Both the position numbers and the translations under genes were made by a program. Below the pieces are notes generated by a model, which searched no databases, was not told where the DNA came from, and saw only the letters and a program-made list of their open reading frames with translations. A stretch of DNA of 63,709 nt, the filler included, from Reclinomonas americana ATCC 50394 (taxonomy: Eukaryota): the NCBI GenBank assembly GCA_048213135.1. It is 16 parts of 16 records of this genome, joined end to end, with 100 filler letters (N's around TTAATTAATTAA, not from the genome) between each part and the next. Parts side by side here need not be neighbours in the genome. Positions count along the whole stretch, not along the records: positions 8,150 to 12,200 come from AFZH01018859.1; positions 12,301 to 13,624 come from AFZH01018861.1; positions 13,725 to 23,412 come from AFZH01018862.1; positions 23,513 to 25,169 come from AFZH01018863.1; 12 more parts are not named here. One strand, written 5' to 3'. Shown one piece after another: positions 12,078 to 24,754 of this stretch (positions are counted from its first letter, which is position 1; every line of letters starts with the position of its first letter).

Positions 12078-12536
12078 GGACGACACACACACACACACAG
12101 CGCGTACGTCTTCGTTGTTTGTTCGTCGTACTCCTACACGTACGACGAACAACGTAACGTAAGTAGGTAGGTCGGTGGTGGTCGGTCGGTCGTCCGACGG
12201 NNNNNNNNNNNNNNNNNNNNNNNNNNNNNNNNNNNNNNNNNNNNTTAATTAATTAANNNNNNNNNNNNNNNNNNNNNNNNNNNNNNNNNNNNNNNNNNNN
12301 GTGGGAAGGGGGAAGGAGAGAGTACCAACGTGGTAAGACAGTGCAGCGGGGTAGGAATGTCAGAGAGCGACTCAAGGAAACATCGGAGAGTACGAGGAGG
12401 TGCTTGCAGAAGGGAGAAGAAGAGCATCGATGATGAGGTGTGGCCAACGGTGGCTTGTGCTGTCTTATTCCTTGTTGTGGTGTGCCGTGGTCTTTTAGCT
12501 CTTCAGAAAAGTGGCGCTCACTCTCTCATGCTCTCA

Positions 12537-12573
<37 letters not shown>

Positions 12574-13015
12574 TTCGAGAAGAAGGGTGGATTGAGCTGT
12601 CTTATTCCTTGGTGTGGTACGCCGTGGTCCTTTGTGTCTTCTGAGGAGCGCTATTGGCTCTCTCTCTCTCTCTGTTGTCGAGGAGAAGGGTGGATTGAGC
12701 TGTCTGATGTGGTTTTTGCTTTTCTGAAATAGGTGCTCACTCTCTTTCCTCCTTTCTGTGGTCAAGGAGAAGGATGGATTGAACTGTCTTTTTTCCTTGC
12801 TGTCGTATGCCGTGGTCCTGTGTCTCCTCTGAATAATGGCGCTCTCTCTCTCAGTCGTTCTCTCTCTCTGTGATCGAGGAGGGTCTCATTCCTTGATGTG
12901 GCCGTTTGCCGCTTCTATGTCTCCTTTTCTTTCTGTGTGCGTTATCGTCCTTTGCTCCCCTGTGCCCTTTTCCATCTCGCTTGTCCTGCTGTCTAACTCC
13001 CCCCTCCTTTCCCAG

Positions 13016-13724
13016 AAACGCCGCGGCGGCAACGACGACTCCACCGAGCTCAAGGGCCACACGGGCCAGGTGGACACGCTGGCCTGGATGCCCACGGATC
13101 CGTCAGGCCTCGGCTCCGCCTCCACCGACAAGACGCTGCGATTGTGGGACACACGCAGCTCATCCAAGGAGGCGCACACGGTCATCAAGACGCCGGGCGA
13201 GAACCTGAACATGGCGTGGAGTCGCGACGGCCTCTACGTCGGTGTGATCAACAAGAACGACTTGTGTTGGATCATCGACTCGCGCACACACGAGGTGGTG
13301 TACAAGAAGCAGTTCAAGATGGAGAGCAACGAATTCGCCTTTAGTCCGCGAGGCGACGAGTTCTACGTGACCGTGTCGCCGACGTATGCCACCAACTCGC
13401 TGGAGGTGTACTCGTTCCCGTCGTTTGAGCATGTGCACACGCTGCAAGGGCACACCAGTGGGTGCTTCTTCTTGGATATGGATCCGGAGGGAAGGTGTGT
13501 GGCGGAGGGAATGGAAGGGGGAATGGAGGATGTGGGGAAAGGGGAGGGGGACGGAGATGGTAAGAGAGAGAGATAGATTGAGAGGGAGAGGAATGTCGAA
13601 TGAGCGGTGTGAGATAGTGCGCGGNNNNNNNNNNNNNNNNNNNNNNNNNNNNNNNNNNNNNNNNNNNNTTAATTAATTAANNNNNNNNNNNNNNNNNNNN
13701 NNNNNNNNNNNNNNNNNNNNNNNN

Positions 13725-13760
<36 letters not shown>

Positions 13761-14426
13761 GGCATGGCCGCAATCACCGTCCCGCTGACTGGCTGTGGCG
13801 CGATCGCGGGTGCAACTGGGAGTGAGTTTGAAAGAGTGAGAGACACGCGATAAGAAATGCAGGAATACAAAGTATCGAGCGTTGCTTGGAGTTGCTTTCC
13901 TCCAGCGTGAGAGAGAGGGCGAGAGGGCGCCCAAGCAGTGCTGTCTCTCACGGAAAACCCTTTTCTGACCTTTGCCATCACTTCCCCTCCTGTGCAGGTA
14001 CATTGCCACCGGCAGCGCCGACAGCCTGGTCATGCTGTGGGACGTGCGGGAGCTCGCCTCCATTGCCGCCTACTCGATCTCCGACTTTGAGGTGCGCTCC
14101 GTCCGCTTCAACTACAACGGCGAGCTGTTGGTGGTCGGCGACGCACCGCCACCTCCGAATGAGAAGATGGCCGGCAACCCGGATGCCGTGGCACGCACCG
14201 GGCGCATTGAAGTACTGCGCACTCTGACTGGTGACTCGGTGTACCGATTGGACACGGTGTCGCCGACGCTGACCATGGCCATGCATCCAAAGTTGCGTCC
14301 CCGCCTTGTGCGTGTCGTGTGTGCGTGTGTGTGATTCTCATTGCTGCCCCAATCAGGCAAAATACGCTGTCCACCGCCCTCGACGACCGCGACCGCACCA
14401 TCACCGTGTGGACCATGCCCGAGTGA
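13016..14426 (+). CDS. THOC3: WD40 protein, THO complex subunit 3-like (5' partial, spans a gap)
   Basis: ELKGHTGQVDTLAW..., TPGENLNMAWSRDG, FKMESNEFAF, LQGHTSGCFFLDMDPEGR|YIATGSADSLVMLWD...VRSVRF. This matches the THOC3/Tex1 pattern as I recall it. Confidence 0.8.
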
Positions 14427-14492
14427 CGGGCGTGCGTGCATGAGAAAGGGCAGTAGAAAATTGAGTGAATGAACGAATGATAGGTCAACAAT

Positions 14493-16192
14493 TCACAGCT
14501 TGGCCAGCAGCTTCTCCGCCGCGCTCTCAGCCACACCGCGCTGCTTCTCCACGCCGACCCAGGAGATCTTGCCGCGCTCGACGAGCATCGCGTATCTGCG
14601 GAGATTAGCAAAGGGAAACAAATGAGCAACAGGGCGAGGAGGAGGAGAGAAACGAAAGACATAAGTCTATATCTGTGTCTTGTTCAGAAAGCAATCTGAG
14701 ACCAAGAATCTCTCACTTCCGTATCTCTCGAGACCTTTGATGCATACGCTCTCGTGGGTTGCAGCAACAACCTTTTTGAAACAGCGAGACAGAATGCAAC
14801 AGGAACGGGGAGAGGGAAGACGCGAATGACAAAACACACGAAGAGAAGAGAGAGAAGGCAGGGAGAGAGGAAGAGGAAAAAGCGAGAAAACTGCAAGAAA
14901 CTCTCGCTGACGAGCACACAAGAGACGGAAATCAGCAACTGCACCGCTCATCATTCCTCTTGTTGATTCATCTCTTCCTGCGCGCGCGCTCTCTCTCTCT
15001 CTCACACACACATACACACACACTCACACGTTCCAGTAAAATCATGACAAAGAAAGTCTCTCTCTTGCCCACTTGTCTCCTCCCTCCTGCCCACTCGCCT
15101 CCTTCTTCCCCCTTCTCCCCTTCCCTTCCCCTCCCCCTTCACCCACCTCATGGACCGCTGACCCATGCCAAACGCCGACGCATCCGTCAACAACCCCAGC
15201 GCCGCCGTCAACAATCCATTCCCATCGGCCACCATGATCAACTGCACAAGATGAAGCCTGTGAACAACTGCCACCGCCACCACCACCACAGCTGCTGCCA
15301 ACGCAAGAGAACCTTACTGGGCGCACCCAGATGGCGCCACCACTCTTGCATCACAAACGCGTCGTTCACAGAGACGCAGACAACGCGATCAACGCCCTAG
15401 ACGACAGACATTAGCAGTGAGGGAACGTGAGAAGGGAAGGGGAGGGAGTGTGAGAAGGGTGGGAGAGGGAAGGGAGAGAGAAAGGAGAGGGAAAGGAGAA
15501 AGGAAACGGGAAGGGAATGTGAGAGAAAGGAGAGAGAAACAAGGCGGGAAGGAGAGAGAAAGGAGAGAGAAAAGAAAGGGAAAGGAGAGGGAAAGGAGAG
15601 AGAAAGGAGAGAGAAAGGAGAGTGAAAGGAGAGGGAAAGGAGAGGGAAAGGAGAGAGAAAGAAGGCGGAAAGGAGAGGGAAACAGGACGGAGAGGGGAGG
15701 GAGAGGGCAACACAGAAGAGTGAGAGAAACGGGAAGGGAAAGGAGTGGAAAGGTGAGGGAAAGGATAGAGTAAGAGACAGGAGAGGGGAAGGAAAGGGCA
15801 GCTCACTGAGCAACACCTTGCTTTCAAAGTCGCTGAGCTTGGCAATGACACCGGGAATGTGCGACTCGGAGCACGTGGGAGAGAAGGCTGCATGCAACAG
15901 CATTGGTAACATGCATGCATGCATTGGCTTTGCTCGTCATCACTCTCTTACCTGCAGGCACTCCAAACACCGCCACGCGCTCTCCTCCCGCACCCAGCAG
16001 TGTCCGCGCGTTCTCCACGCTCACTGTCGCACCTGCAGAGGAAGATCCGTCGCGGGAACACGACTCGCCACTCGCGGCAGTGGTGGTGCTTGCGCGCACC
16101 ACTCGCACGTTGAGAGTGGCGGGCACTCGGTGGACGAGCATCTCGCCGGCGGTGACTGGGGGTGGCGTGAGGGGAGCAGTCTGCTGCGACAT
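14493..16192 (-). CDS. Type II (PRX5/Ahp1-like) peroxiredoxin, 5 exons
   Basis: Spliced: [21 protein letters not shown]...[15 protein letters not shown]...IMVADGNG...[16 protein letters not shown]...AEKLLAKL*. Confidence 0.9.
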
Positions 16193-16312
16193 TATGGTTC
16201 GTTGAAGGAGAAGTGGAAGGACACTTCATTGGCCGCGGGCCAGCGGACCATGCTGTTCTCTTAAGCAGTGGTGGTGGTCGTGGGGGACTCCGCCATGATG
16301 ACCATCGGTGGA

Positions 16313-17301
16313 TTAACGGAGGCACTTGTACACAATCTCCAGCACGCGGAAGCCGACGTTGCCGGTACCGTTGCCGAGCGCACCGGCGTTGGTCTGGTGG
16401 TTCCAGCACTGCGCAAAGGGGCCGGTGAACGGTGCACCCTCCAGCAGCTCGACGCGACTCCAGCACTGCTGCAGGCCGTTGCAGCTGGAACCGACCACCG
16501 CCTGCGAACGCGCGGGATGAGGAATCGTCACTTCACACGCGCACCATATGCCAGTTGGCATCATGCACGACCGTAACAACGCACCGTGTAATCGCGGACC
16601 AGTGCGCATGTACCGGTGGTGGCCACGTTACCATAGCAGCCGTCAGTGATCACTGCGCCACGCACGGTGGCCGACACAATGGAGATTCTTCCGCCCTCGG
16701 CGCGGCAGTCGAGATCCACAGCCCAGCCGCCGCAGGCCTTGTAGGTCTTCGTTGGCACCACCACCTGCGAGCACGAGTAATCGAGCCACAGGACGCGGGA
16801 AGGCGTGCACGGCGCATTGGCCGGCTGCACCATGGCACATACAGATTTAAATTTGGTGATCATGAGGCCTGCGCGAGAGAGAATCTGCGCATAAAAGCAC
16901 CACACACACACACCTCAAAGTCCTCCACGCGCAGCCAGGCACTAGTGCGTCCGTTGATGGCACGCACAAGGGGGTTATTGGTGAGGTTGTTCACGGAGGA
17001 GCAGAGCGGTGTGGCAATGCTCTTGCATCCGTCCGCTGAGAATCCGGACACAAGTTATCGTAAGCCACCCCGGCAAAGGATCACTCTGCAACAAGGCTGC
17101 TCTCAAATACGCACCTTGCGTGCAGCCGCGAATGGTGACAGAGTTAACAGAAATGGTGCCGCCGTTGTAGCACTGCACGTCGACTGAGGTCGGCGGGTTG
17201 TAGCCGCCGGCAGCGCGCAGAATGTCGCCAGCCGCCGGGCTCGTGAGGCACAGTGCCACGACGAGGAGAACGAGGGTGGAGGTAAGAAGCTTCGACAGCA
17301 T
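16313..17301 (-). CDS. Secreted Cys-rich protein with two SUEL/rhamnose-binding-lectin-like domains
   Basis: Signal peptide MLSKLLTSTLVLLVVALCLTSPAAG. Two repeats of C..GG.IS..S.T.RG...C...C...L...Y.C (CYNGGTISVNSVTIRG...LDYSC; CRAEGGRISIVSATVRG...SCNGLQQC...LEIVYKC). Confidence 0.55.
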
Positions 17302-17579
17302 TGGTGGTGGCAGTGGTGATGAATCAATCAGCAAGCAAGCAGGTTGTGCGCTCTCCACAGTGAACGGCAGAAATAATACAGGTGCTGCTGATATTTGTTG
17401 TCGGACGCTTTTCACGTGCGATTCCAAGCAGCGCACTTGCAATTCCTGGGAGCGTGTTGGCGCCATGTGCAAGCATGCTCTGCACATTCGATATTCGGCG
17501 TGCATGCGCGCAGCAGGCGTGGGTGGTGATGGTGCACAATGCCTCCAGGCTGCAAATGTCTTTAAATTTGCGACATGAC

Positions 17580-18010
17580 GACAACAACAAATTAATAATC
17601 ATTCACCATCAAACAAGCAACAGCTTTCTTTCTTCCAAAAGTTTACAGTGACTGCCGATCATCACTCAAGATGGCGATCGTCCTGCAGCTGTTGTTGCTG
17701 TTACAAACAGCTGTCTCGCAATTGGTCATCAAGACAGCTGTTTGCTTGTTTGTTGGTGAATGAATTTGTTGTTTTTGGATACAATGCGCAACGCAGCACA
17801 GAACTAAAGCCATCTCCCGTCGGGCATCGCCGACCGGTCAGCAGCAGGTGGTCTCTCGCACACTGGTTGATGCCCATTGTGTGTGGATGATCAGTGAAGT
17901 TTCTTATCTATATGATTGGTGTCTGTGTTGCTGTTACAAACAGCTGTCTTGCAATTGGTCATCAAGACAGTTGTTTGCTTGTTTGTTGGTGAATGAATTA
18001 TTGTTGTTAT
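17580..18010. repeat. Cluster of a dispersed intergenic repeat, direct and inverted copies
   Basis: ttggtcatcaagacagctgtttgcttgtttg at about 17722 and 17955, an inverted partial copy at 17580-17625, and related copies at about 30831 and 45115-45160. Confidence 0.8.
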
Positions 18011-18125
18011 GTTTCGTATCGTATGATGAACACATCGATTCATTTGTACATGTTGCATCCATCACCGGAAGGTAAATTACACATGCATAGAAAACCGGCG
18101 CGCTAATGAACGATGCTGTTCGTAT

Positions 18126-19093
18126 TCAGTATCGATAGCTCGTTACGCTGACACATTTCATCCGAAAATGCCGCAAGAGGACCACGCAATGCGTCCTGTG
18201 GCAGGTCCGAACACGCCCATCCACCTGCAATGCGTTGCTCTTGTCGTCAGTCACATATTGCGCACCACTGGCACACGTGCACAAGCACAACGTTAACAAA
18301 CCAGTTGAACGTGGCCTCGTCCACTTTGTCCGCACGAGACTCGACTCCGAAACACTGTGCACGCATGCGCATTCGAAATCAGTACCGTACGTTCGATGGC
18401 TCGCGATCTTTTCAAGATCAACAGCGGAGAAGAAACAAATATTGCGAGTTACCAGCGCAGCAGCAACGCAACGTTATGAGTGTGTTCATGTGCCATCAGA
18501 GCCGCGATGCAAGCGCGACGGTTCTTACGCGTGTTGGTGACATCTCCACCGGCAGCGCTCGAGGCATTAGTCTGCATCGTGGGTGCACAAGAAGAAACAC
18601 GATGAGCTGAGAGAGACCTACAGCGGGCAAGCATACTGTACACGCGCATGCATATGATCATGAATTCGAACCTGAATGGCGTCGAGCCAGCCGTCGTCGA
18701 TGTAGCAAGTGTTGAAGCCCATGTACGCCAGACCGGCAAGACCGGGAGACAGAGTGGTGCACACCACATCACCGGAACTGCATGCAAAGACACTCCATTA
18801 GCAAGAAGGAGAAAGCATTTGAACACTGATCATAAATGTATTTGGTAAAAACTGCGCAACGTAGAGAACTTGTTGTGTAGGCACGAAGAAATGCCCAGGC
18901 CAGTGGCGCGCTCAACAGTGGACTCGTAGTCACTCCAGCGGTCGGCAATGTTGAAGTAGATGGCCGAGATGTCGGTGTCGAATGGTGACTCGCAGCTGGA
19001 AATCGAGTGTGATGCCGAAGCGAGTTGCGCATGCAGAATGGCGCATGCGCTGAGCGCCACAAGCGCGATGAGGAAAAGATTGCGGTTGATCAT
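18126..19093 (-). CDS. Small secreted protein with HExxH motif (zincin-like metallopeptidase candidate); 3' end uncertain
   Basis: Signal peptide MINRNLFLIALVALSACAILHAQLASA. Spliced ...LAGLAYMGFNTCYID...RACIAALMAHEHTHN|CFGVESRADKV. Confidence 0.55.
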
Positions 19094-19765
19094 ACTGACG
19101 GAGAAGCAAGCTGTTGCTGTTGTTGCTGAGTTGCCTTGGCTCGCAAGTGAGTGCGAATGACACAGTGAGAAAAAACAGCAGTGCAAGTTCGGATTTTGTA
19201 GGGTGGCGCAAGTCGGTTTGCCAATGTAATGTATTTTGCATTGGTGGTGTTGTGGCGGCTCACTCTGTGTGTCCGGCTCAGCGGCCAGCGCGGCGGTTGA
19301 AGTGACGGGGATGCTGTGCTCATAGCTGAACCGCCTGTGGCAGTTCAGCGGCGCGTGCCTTGTGCGCTCGATGTGGTGGCGCACGTGAATACCGACGACA
19401 ATTGCGCATCATGCAATCGCGTATCCAGCTATGCATGATACTCCGTTGTTGTTGTTGCTCCGCTGTTTAGCTATATTGTGTACACTGGATAGAGAGGCAA
19501 ATGCACGCATTCCAGCGGAAACTCAGTTTGTGTGGGAATGTAGCGACAACCGATGCTTCGAGATTTATTTTTAGCCGAACCGTGTACAGAGATCACTTCA
19601 AAATCGGAAATCATCCAAAGACGGATCTGATCAGACACGCACACGGGCAGGCAGTTTGCTGGTGCACATTGCTCGGCGACGGTTCACGTATCACTCTGGG
19701 CTTGGACCATCATCACGGCCATGGGGAGTGATGCTCCAGCGCGCGACTAACGCTTCCATTAATAC

Positions 19766-20356
19766 TTCTGGTGGAGCACACACAAGATGGTGATCATCAT
19801 GCAGCTGTGTTACTGCCTGGATGAATGTAGTTGTTGCTGGTATCGCAGCTGTTTGCATTGTTAAAGTTGGACGTTTTGTGTGTAAACAACCTCCCCCAAA
19901 CCTCGGACATCGTCTCTTTGCAGTCGGCGATCACGAATGAGCGACCGTTCCTCCTCCTCCTCGGCCTCCTCCTCGATGCCAAGCACCCCGAAACAATCCA
20001 ACGCCCACCGTGGCGGCGGCGCACCTCCACCACCAATCGCCACTCCAGCAGTGGCATCAATGTTTCAAACTTGCATTTGGTTTCTCTTCCACTCTCTTCA
20101 ACGCTTCCGTTTCTGGTGGAGCTCACACAAGATGGTGATCATCATGCAGCTGTGTTACTGTTTAATGAAGTTGTTGCTGCTGCTGTTGATCATGAAGTTG
20201 GACGTTTTTGTGTAAACAACCTCGGACATCACACCACTTTACAGTCGGCGATCACCATGAGCGACCGTTCCTCCTCCTCCTCGGCCTCCTCGTCCATGCC
20301 AAGCACACCCAAACAGTCCAACGCCCACCGTGGCACACCTCCACCACCAATCGCCA
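19766..20356 (+). repeat. Tandem duplication (about 345 bp offset) covering the upstream region and first codons of the Kelch gene
   Basis: 19766-20045 matches 20111-20356. Both copies encode MSDRSSSSSASSSMPSTPKQSNAHRG. Confidence 0.85.
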
Positions 20357-23300
20357 CTTCATCCTCCTCCTCCTCCACAGCAGCAGCAGTGGCCGCGATT
20401 CCCGCCGTGTCGGCGACGGCCACAACGGCAGTGGTGACGACTCCCAAGTCTCCGCGGTCGCCGCGATCGCCTCGCCCGCAGGCGACTCTGGCGTCGGTGT
20501 TGGCCGAGAATCGAATGTCGGTGACGGGGGCGGCGAGTGGCACCAAGGTGGCCACGTCGGGAATGTCGATTTTTGGGTTGGCGTTGAGGAGGCCGGGCGC
20601 GTTGGGAAAGCGGTGGGTGGATGGGAAGGGAGAGGGAGAGGGAGAAGAGGGAGGGAGGGGGGAGGGAGGAGAAGGGGGAATGAGAGAGGGAGAGTGAGTG
20701 AGTGAGTGAGTGAGTGAGTGAGTGAGTGTGTGAGTGAGTGTGTGGGAGAGTGAGAGTGAGTGAGTGAGTGAGTGAGTGAGTGAGTGAGTGAGTGAGAGAG
20801 TGAGCCAGCGAGTGTCAGCTGCAGCCATTCATCCACTGTTGATCTTTGTCGCACTCCTTCCCTTCCTCCTTTCTCAACCGCCCTCCCTCACCATGGCGTC
20901 CTCCTTTGCCTGTTGCTGCTGAGCTCTGCCCTCGTGCTGGCGTTGTTCCTCATTGTCTGAACCTGGTAATGCTTGGAGGCAGCGTCACTTGACTCGAGGG
21001 GTGCACTGCCTCTTGCGGCTGACGATGTGTCTTGGACTCTCCTTCTGCTTCCTTGGGTTGTGCCCTCACTGCCTCTATCAGTTGCCAGGGCAAGAGCACG
21101 CCAGACTTGCAAGCAGTGCGAGGACATCGCAAGAAAGCAGCACGACCTCGTCAGAGACACCGAGAAGAACTCATGTCGGAGGCACACTGTGTGCAGCGCT
21201 TGCAGTCAGAGAGCAGAGCAGAAGAGAAGAGAGAGGATGGAGGACGAGAAAAAGAAAGAAGAGCAGCTGCTTTATGAGGAAGAAGGAGATAGCGACGAGA
21301 AGAGAATGAGGGCGAGAAGAGAGAGAGAGAGGGAGAGCAATGAGAAGTGAAGAGCAGAGAAGAGAGGAACCCGCTGACTTGTGAGCTCATCACCCTTCTC
21401 CCTTCCCCCTTCCCCCCTTCCCCCCTTCCCGTTTTCCCCCAGTGACCCTCCCCCTCGACCTGAATCCCCTCCACCACCCCCCATGGCCTGCGAATGGGAC
21501 CTGCTGCCACGACGCGGCATCAACTTGGTGGCCAAGCTGGCGCAGCAAAAGGCGCGCGCCAAGTCTCGTGGTTCCGGTGCTGAGGATGGGTGCGCTTTTT
21601 TTTCTCTCTCTCTCTTCGTTGTTGTCGTGCTTCCTGTTATTCACATGTGCACGCAGCGGCGACACGTCGCATGTGGAGGAGGCGCCGAGTATTAGTGCCG
21701 CGGCGCCCGCCGCCCGCAACTCGTCATCCCCCAAGGATCTCATGCCTCCGCAGAGCTCGTCGCTGCCAAAGCACGGCACACGCGAGGCCCGCATCATGGA
21801 TTCCGACACGAAGCGCGGACTGGAGGACCTGCGATTGCCGGTGTTCCCCAAGCCAGTGAATTCGGGTGCGATGACGAGATGCAGATAAGAGTGATAGGTG
21901 GTGGAGGGGGCGCTCACTGTCTTCATAACACAGCTGCGTTTGTACGCATTCCCGGCGGCGTTTGTCTGTACGGCGGCGTGGCCGACGAAGGCTGCACCAA
22001 TGAGGCGTGGGTGTACGATCTCGGTGAGCTACATCGACGTTCGCCAGAGCATGCCACGAAAAAGCTGACTGTGGTTTGCAGAGAAACGTGTGTGGAAGTT
22101 CCTTATGGCGGAGAGCATCATCAAGGACACGATCGGCACGGAAAACACTCGTGATGTCGATCTCGTCATGCCAGCCCCTCGGTGAGACGTGCATGGGAGC
22201 GGTGTGTGTGTCGCAGCATGCCTCCTTCTCACCTTACGCACGCAGTTGTGGCCACACTGCGCAAGCGTCGGGCGACAATCCGTTCCTCGTGTACTCGTTT
22301 GGTGGTGTCTCGCTCGAATCGGGACGTTACATGAACGACATGTGGCTGCTTGGAACTGGTGCGCTTCCGCAAAATGCCCTCGTCTTCTGCTGTTGCGTGT
22401 CGCTCACACACGTGTGCGCTTGCCTTGCAGGCTCGCACCCAGCGTGGGACGAAATCCCACAAGGCGGTGACATTCCGTGTGCACGCTGGCACTCCGCCTC
22501 AGCCATGCTCAACAATCGTTTGTTTGTGTATGGCGGCGAGTCGTCGGATTACGAAAACCTGGCCGATTTGCATGTGTTTGACGTGGGTGAGTCGCACAAG
22601 GAGGATCACAGTATTGTTGTGCTCTTGTGACTGAGTGTGTCAATGCAGAGCATCGCGAGTGGATGACCATGCGCACCGTGTACCCGTATCCGCCTGCGCG
22701 CCAGCTGCACACGTGCTCACGTGTTGACGAGAGCTTGTGGGTGATTGGCGGGATTGGCACGCAGGGACTCGGCGATGTGTGGCGTTTTGACGTCCGTTGC
22801 GTCGACATTGCCGGGAGGTACAAGGTCAACTGCTTCGTTTCTCACCTCGCCTTTTTCGTTATAACAGGCGCATTGACATGGAAGGAGGTAAAGCCGCGCA
22901 GAAAGGGTCCTTTCCACTCCAGCACCGGCGAGAAGCAGTTGCGTGCTTGTTCGCTCGCCGATTGGGTGGTATAGCAACTCACCCTCTCAACCGTTGTAGG
23001 TCGCTGAGTGCACACACATGCACGGTGTGGAACGACAAGTTGGTGGTGGTTGGCGGGCGACGTGGGCACTCGTTGTCGTCCACCAATTGGATTTTTGATA
23101 TCAGTGCGTGAAAGGGGAGGATATGGGGGAAGAAGGAGGGGGGGAGAAGAGAAGGCAGACATGCGAATTGTCTGTAATTGCGATGTGTAAAGTGGATAGG
23201 AGTAAGGGATGCGGCAAACGGAAGGTCAACAAGCGGGAGCGGAGGGCAAACGAGAGAAGACAGGGGATGAGGACAACGAGAGATAGAGAGTGAGAGGGAG

Positions 23301-24439
23301 CGGGAGAGAAGAGGAGGAGAAAGGAATTGCAGCCGTGTAGTTGTCCAGAGTGCGAGAGAGAGAGAGAGTGCGAGAGAGAGAGAGAGAGACGGAGAGGAGG
23401 ACGGAGTTGCGANNNNNNNNNNNNNNNNNNNNNNNNNNNNNNNNNNNNNNNNNNNNTTAATTAATTAANNNNNNNNNNNNNNNNNNNNNNNNNNNNNNNN
23501 NNNNNNNNNNNNGCAGCTATGTGGTGGTCCATAGTGCGCGTGAGCGGGAAGAGAGACACCGGGAGGACGCGGGAATCGCAGCCATGTAGTAGTCTAGAGT
23601 GAGTGAGTGAGAGAGAGAGAGAGAGAGAAGCGGAGGAAGACGGAATTGCAGCCATGCGGTGGTCCAGAGTGGGTGCGAGGGAGAAGGGGAAGAGGAGAGA
23701 GTTGCAGCCATGTGGTAGCGCGAGAGATAGGGAGTGAGAGAAGGAGAGGAGGAGCGACTTACAGCCATGTGGCAGGCCAGTGGCAACGAATGACAACATA
23801 GAGACTTCAACCGTGGGAGTGGCTGTCACCAGAGATATTAGTGAGACACAGTCGCAGATGAGAAGAACGAGTTGTTGTTGCGTACACTCATGTGATCCTC
23901 CTTCTCCCACCCACTTTGCAGCCAGCGAGCAATGGGTCGAACTGGTCACGCCACCGGAAGCCGCCAATGCCTCTGGTCGATGGAAGCACATGTCCACCGC
24001 CAGGTACTTCGCCCCCGTTCGTGTTTGCATTCACTTCTGTCCTCTCTTTGTCTCTTCTCTTCGCTCCTTCTCCATTCTCCTCTTTTCTCTTTTCTTGTCG
24101 TTCTTGTCATCTCTACTCCTTTCTTTTCAATTCTCTTCTTATCTCTCTCTTTCTCTTCACTTCTGCTCTCCTGTCCTCCCCAATCATCTCTTCTTTTTCT
24201 CCTTGCTTTCACTTCTCTCCTTCTCCGCCCCTCTGTTCTCCTGTCATCTCTTCTCTTCACTTCTTTTCACTTTCTTCTCTCGTCTTTTCTCCTTCTCTCT
24301 TCCCTTCTCCTTTCCTCTTCCCTCTTCTCATCCCCGCCTCCACCCCCACAGTGGCCAGTCGGACTTCCTCTACCTGTACGGCGGCATGGGCACGCATCAC
24401 CGATACTCGGACTTGTGGCGCATGGAAATCATTCCATAG
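20257..24439 (+). CDS. Kelch-repeat protein with low-complexity N-terminus (multi-exon, spans a gap)
   Basis: Repeated Kelch motifs: CLYGG, CGHTA...YSFGG, ARWHSASAMLNNRLFVYGG, ARQLHTC...WVIGG, SAHTCTVWNDKLVVVGG, GRWKH...LYLYGG. Confidence 0.85.
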
Positions 24440-24754
24440 TGAAAAAAGAAAGCACTGTACATTTGTGCACAAACACATAGACAACAAAGACAGCGAGGCA
24501 CAAACAAAAGAAACCTTTCCACACACACACACCAGACACACAGCGATACACATATTCGACATACACGCACATTCCTGCCAAAGACTAGAGCACATCATCA
24601 TCACGGGAAAAAAGAGAGGGGGAAAAAAAGGGAGGAAGACCGTCGCCAGCACGTCTGCAGAGCGCACGCTTCGCTTCTTTCACATACAGCGCGCGCCTCA
24701 TCTGGTGATCGACGTCGACGAGGCCATTTTGTTGTAAACTGTAACAGGATGCAA

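Noticed and set aside
12100..12200. Odd gtacgacg/gtcg-rich sequence at contig ends (also 27415-27511)
   Set aside because: Follows microsatellites and abuts gaps, which is typical of degraded, out-of-phase read tails.
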